Origin: Anaerolinea sp.
Lineage (GTDB): Bacteria; Chloroflexota; Limnocylindria; Limnocylindrales; CSP1-4
Direction of reading: 5' to 3'
Length of the DNA: 64,000 nucleotides
Assembly (NCBI GenBank): GCA_013822395.1
Contig: PNKK01000013.1
Span: forward strand, 4,723-68,722
Below, in pieces: positions 62,421-64,000 of the stretch (positions are counted from its first letter, which is position 1; each line of letters begins with the position of its first letter). Under the pieces are notes generated by a model that worked only from the letters and a program-made list of their open reading frames with translations, searched no databases and was not told where the DNA came from. Position numbers and translations under genes: made by a program.

Positions 62421-64000
62421 TCAGCCGCCGAGCTGCTCGGCGGCCTGCTCGAACTCCTTCTCGATCTCGGTGAGCTCCGCCTCGGCGCCCATGCGGTGGG
62501 GCCCCTTGAACCGGGCGCGCGCCCAGACGACGTAGTAGATCGCGAGCAGAACGAGGAAGCCGGCCGTGGTCGCGAGCGCGGCCGGGTTGAGCGGGAACGG
62601 GTAAAGGAAGAGCGGGCTGATCAGGATGATCCAGACGACGGAGACGAGCGCCATCGGCCGGCTCCAGCGGCCAAGGCTCCAGACTCGCTCGTTGCGCCAG
62701 CTCTGGTCGCCCCACAGCCCGAGCGCGATGCACAGGCCGTAGGCCCAGTACAGCAGCACCGTGCTGACGCCGGTCACGCCGGCGATGAGGAAGAGCGGGT
62801 CGCCGCCGAACGCCTTGGTCAGGACGTAGATCAGGGCGATGAGGAGCCAGCTCGCGACGCTGATCGCGATCACGGAGTTCGCCGGGCTCCGATAGCGATG
62901 CGAGACCTTCTTGAGCCAGCCCGAGCCGGGCATCCCGTCGTCGCGGGCGAAGGCGTAGAGCATCCGGCCAGACGACGCGATCGACGAGAACCCGGCGAAC
63001 GTCATGGCGAAGGCGATGCCGAGGGCCAGGAGGCCGCCGAGCTGCCCGAGGCCCGCCCCGAGGTTGGTCTCGAGGATGTAGGCGACGCCGCCGCCGCCGG
63101 TGCTGTTGGCGAGCACGTCGGCCGGATCGGTCATCTTCAGCGTCAGCGCCGTGAGGACGACGTAGCCGGCCACGGCGGACACGGCCACGGACAGGAAGAC
63201 GCCCCAGGCGGACGCGGCCCGCGCACGAACCGTCTCCTCTGCCACGTGCGCCGAGGCGTCGTAGCCGGTGTACGTCCACTGCGCCTGAAGCAGGCTCAGG
63301 GCGAACGCGCCGGCGACCCCGAACGGCAGGATGCTGGCGATCGGGGCGCCTTCGGCGGTCGTGCCGGCCGGCGCGACGGAGAACAGGAAACCGAGGTCGT
63401 GGATCGGCTGGGAGCCGGCGACGAAGAGCAGGATCGCGATCGCGGCGACGAAGCCGATGTGCCACCAGACGGACAGGTCGTTCATGAAGGCGACGACCCG
63501 CGTCCCGGCCACGTTGAATCCGATCTCGATCAGGATCAGGACCCCGGTGATCCAGATCGCGTTCAGGACGCCGAGGGTCTCGACGTTCGGGTCGATTCCG
63601 AAGACCGGGTTGAGGAACGTGGCGGCGAGGTAGAACGCCGCCGCGTAGTTGATCCCGGCGACGATCGAGATCTGGCCACCCAGGTTGAGCCAGGCGGTCC
63701 ACCAGCCCCAATCCTTGTTCCGGAGGCGACTCGCCCAGTAGTAGAGGCCGCCCGCCGTCGGATAGGCCGAGGCGATCTCGGCCATCGTGGCGGCGATCAG
63801 CAGCGTGAAGACCGTCACGAGCGGCCAGCCGATTCCGACCGAGGCCGGCCCGCCGAGCGCCAGGCCGTAGTTGAAGAGGATGACGGCGCCGGTCAGGATC
63901 GAGATGATCGAGAAGCTGATCGCGAAGTTGCTGAACCCGCCCATCGTGCGGAACAGCTCCTGCGCGTACCCGAGCTTGTGCAGGTCCCTGATGTCCTGCT
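62421..64000 (-). CDS. APC-family amino acid/amine permease (5' end beyond window)
   Basis: Polytopic. FSNFAISFSIISILTG and EIASAYPTAGGLYYW are APC signatures. The frame stays open upstream of the Met at 63944 (…LGYAQELFRTMGG) to the window edge. Confidence 0.85.
   Translation of the reverse strand, partial: QDIRDLHKLGYAQELFRTMGGFSNFAISFSIISILTGAVILFNYGLALGGPASVGIGWPLVTVFTLLIAATMAEIASAYPTAGGLYYWASRLRNKDWGWWTAWLNLGGQISIVAGINYAAAFYLAATFLNPVFGIDPNVETLGVLNAIWITGVLILIEIGFNVAGTRVVAFMNDLSVWWHIGFVAAIAILLFVAGSQPIHDLGFLFSVAPAGTTAEGAPIASILPFGVAGAFALSLLQAQWTYTGYDASAHVAEETVRARAASAWGVFLSVAVSAVAGYVVLTALTLKMTDPADVLANSTGGGGVAYILETNLGAGLGQLGGLLALGIAFAMTFAGFSSIASSGRMLYAFARDDGMPGSGWLKKVSHRYRSPANSVIAISVASWLLIALIYVLTKAFGGDPLFLIAGVTGVSTVLLYWAYGLCIALGLWGDQSWRNERVWSLGRWSRPMALVSVVWIILISPLFLYPFPLNPAALATTAGFLVLLAIYYVVWARARFKGPHRMGAEAELTEIEKEFEQAAEQLGG

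Overview
The window is a GC-rich bacterial chromosomal segment (GC judged by eye, not computed). It is densely coding, with frequent ATGA/GTGA start-stop overlaps and several apparently leaderless promoters. The gene content looks like a high-GC monoderm, probably Actinomycetota-like: ctaCDE-type aa3 oxidase, mec-cysO-cysM cysteine pathway, Ddn-like deazaflavin enzyme and a heliorhodopsin. No taxon can be assigned from the sequence alone.

Order of content:
- DksA/TraR-like protein and a threonine dehydratase.
- An aa3 cytochrome oxidase operon in which subunit II and a second membrane protein each carry a paralogous type-1-copper cupredoxin domain.
- Two tandem DrrAB-like ABC exporter pairs.
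- A small lower-GC island next to the initiator tRNA-fMet, holding an RHH/zinc-ribbon membrane protein, a C5 cytosine methyltransferase, a PD-(D/E)XK endonuclease and Vsr.
- An MFS transporter.
- A complete non-pyrrolysine MttB-family corrinoid methyltransferase system: IclR regulator, corrinoid protein, DUF1638, small accessory protein, methyl-THF methyltransferase, RACo-type activator, MttB homolog and MetF.
- DinB, Ddn-like and DUF885 genes.
- A contiguous sulfur supercluster (Rrf2-sufC-sufS-...-sufU-rhodanese/ThiF-cysO-cysM-...-mec) interrupted twice by toxin-antitoxin-like cassettes.
- USP, a nucleoside hydrolase, a GrpB-PurK fusion, purE, an HtrA-like protease with an HxlR regulator, and a NUDIX hydrolase.
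- A five-gene signalling operon with two giant hybrid histidine kinases, a REC-HisKA_3 kinase and a REC-EAL phosphodiesterase.
- An aldehyde dehydrogenase, a decayed K+ channel and an SDR.
- A heliorhodopsin locus: a CarH/LitR-like B12 photoreceptor regulator divergent from DUF378 and heliorhodopsin, convergent with a glutamine-synthetase-family ligase and an APC permease.

The items most worth follow-up are the heliorhodopsin/B12-photoreceptor/GS-like locus, the corrinoid methyltransferase cluster with its unexplained TTGCA-N5-TGCAA palindrome array, the cupredoxin-decorated oxidase operon, the cassette insertions in the sulfur operons (one beside a CRISPR-like 36-36-36 nt repeat), and a dispersed hairpin repeat family.

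All functional calls rest on motifs and family resemblance read by eye. No database search was run.
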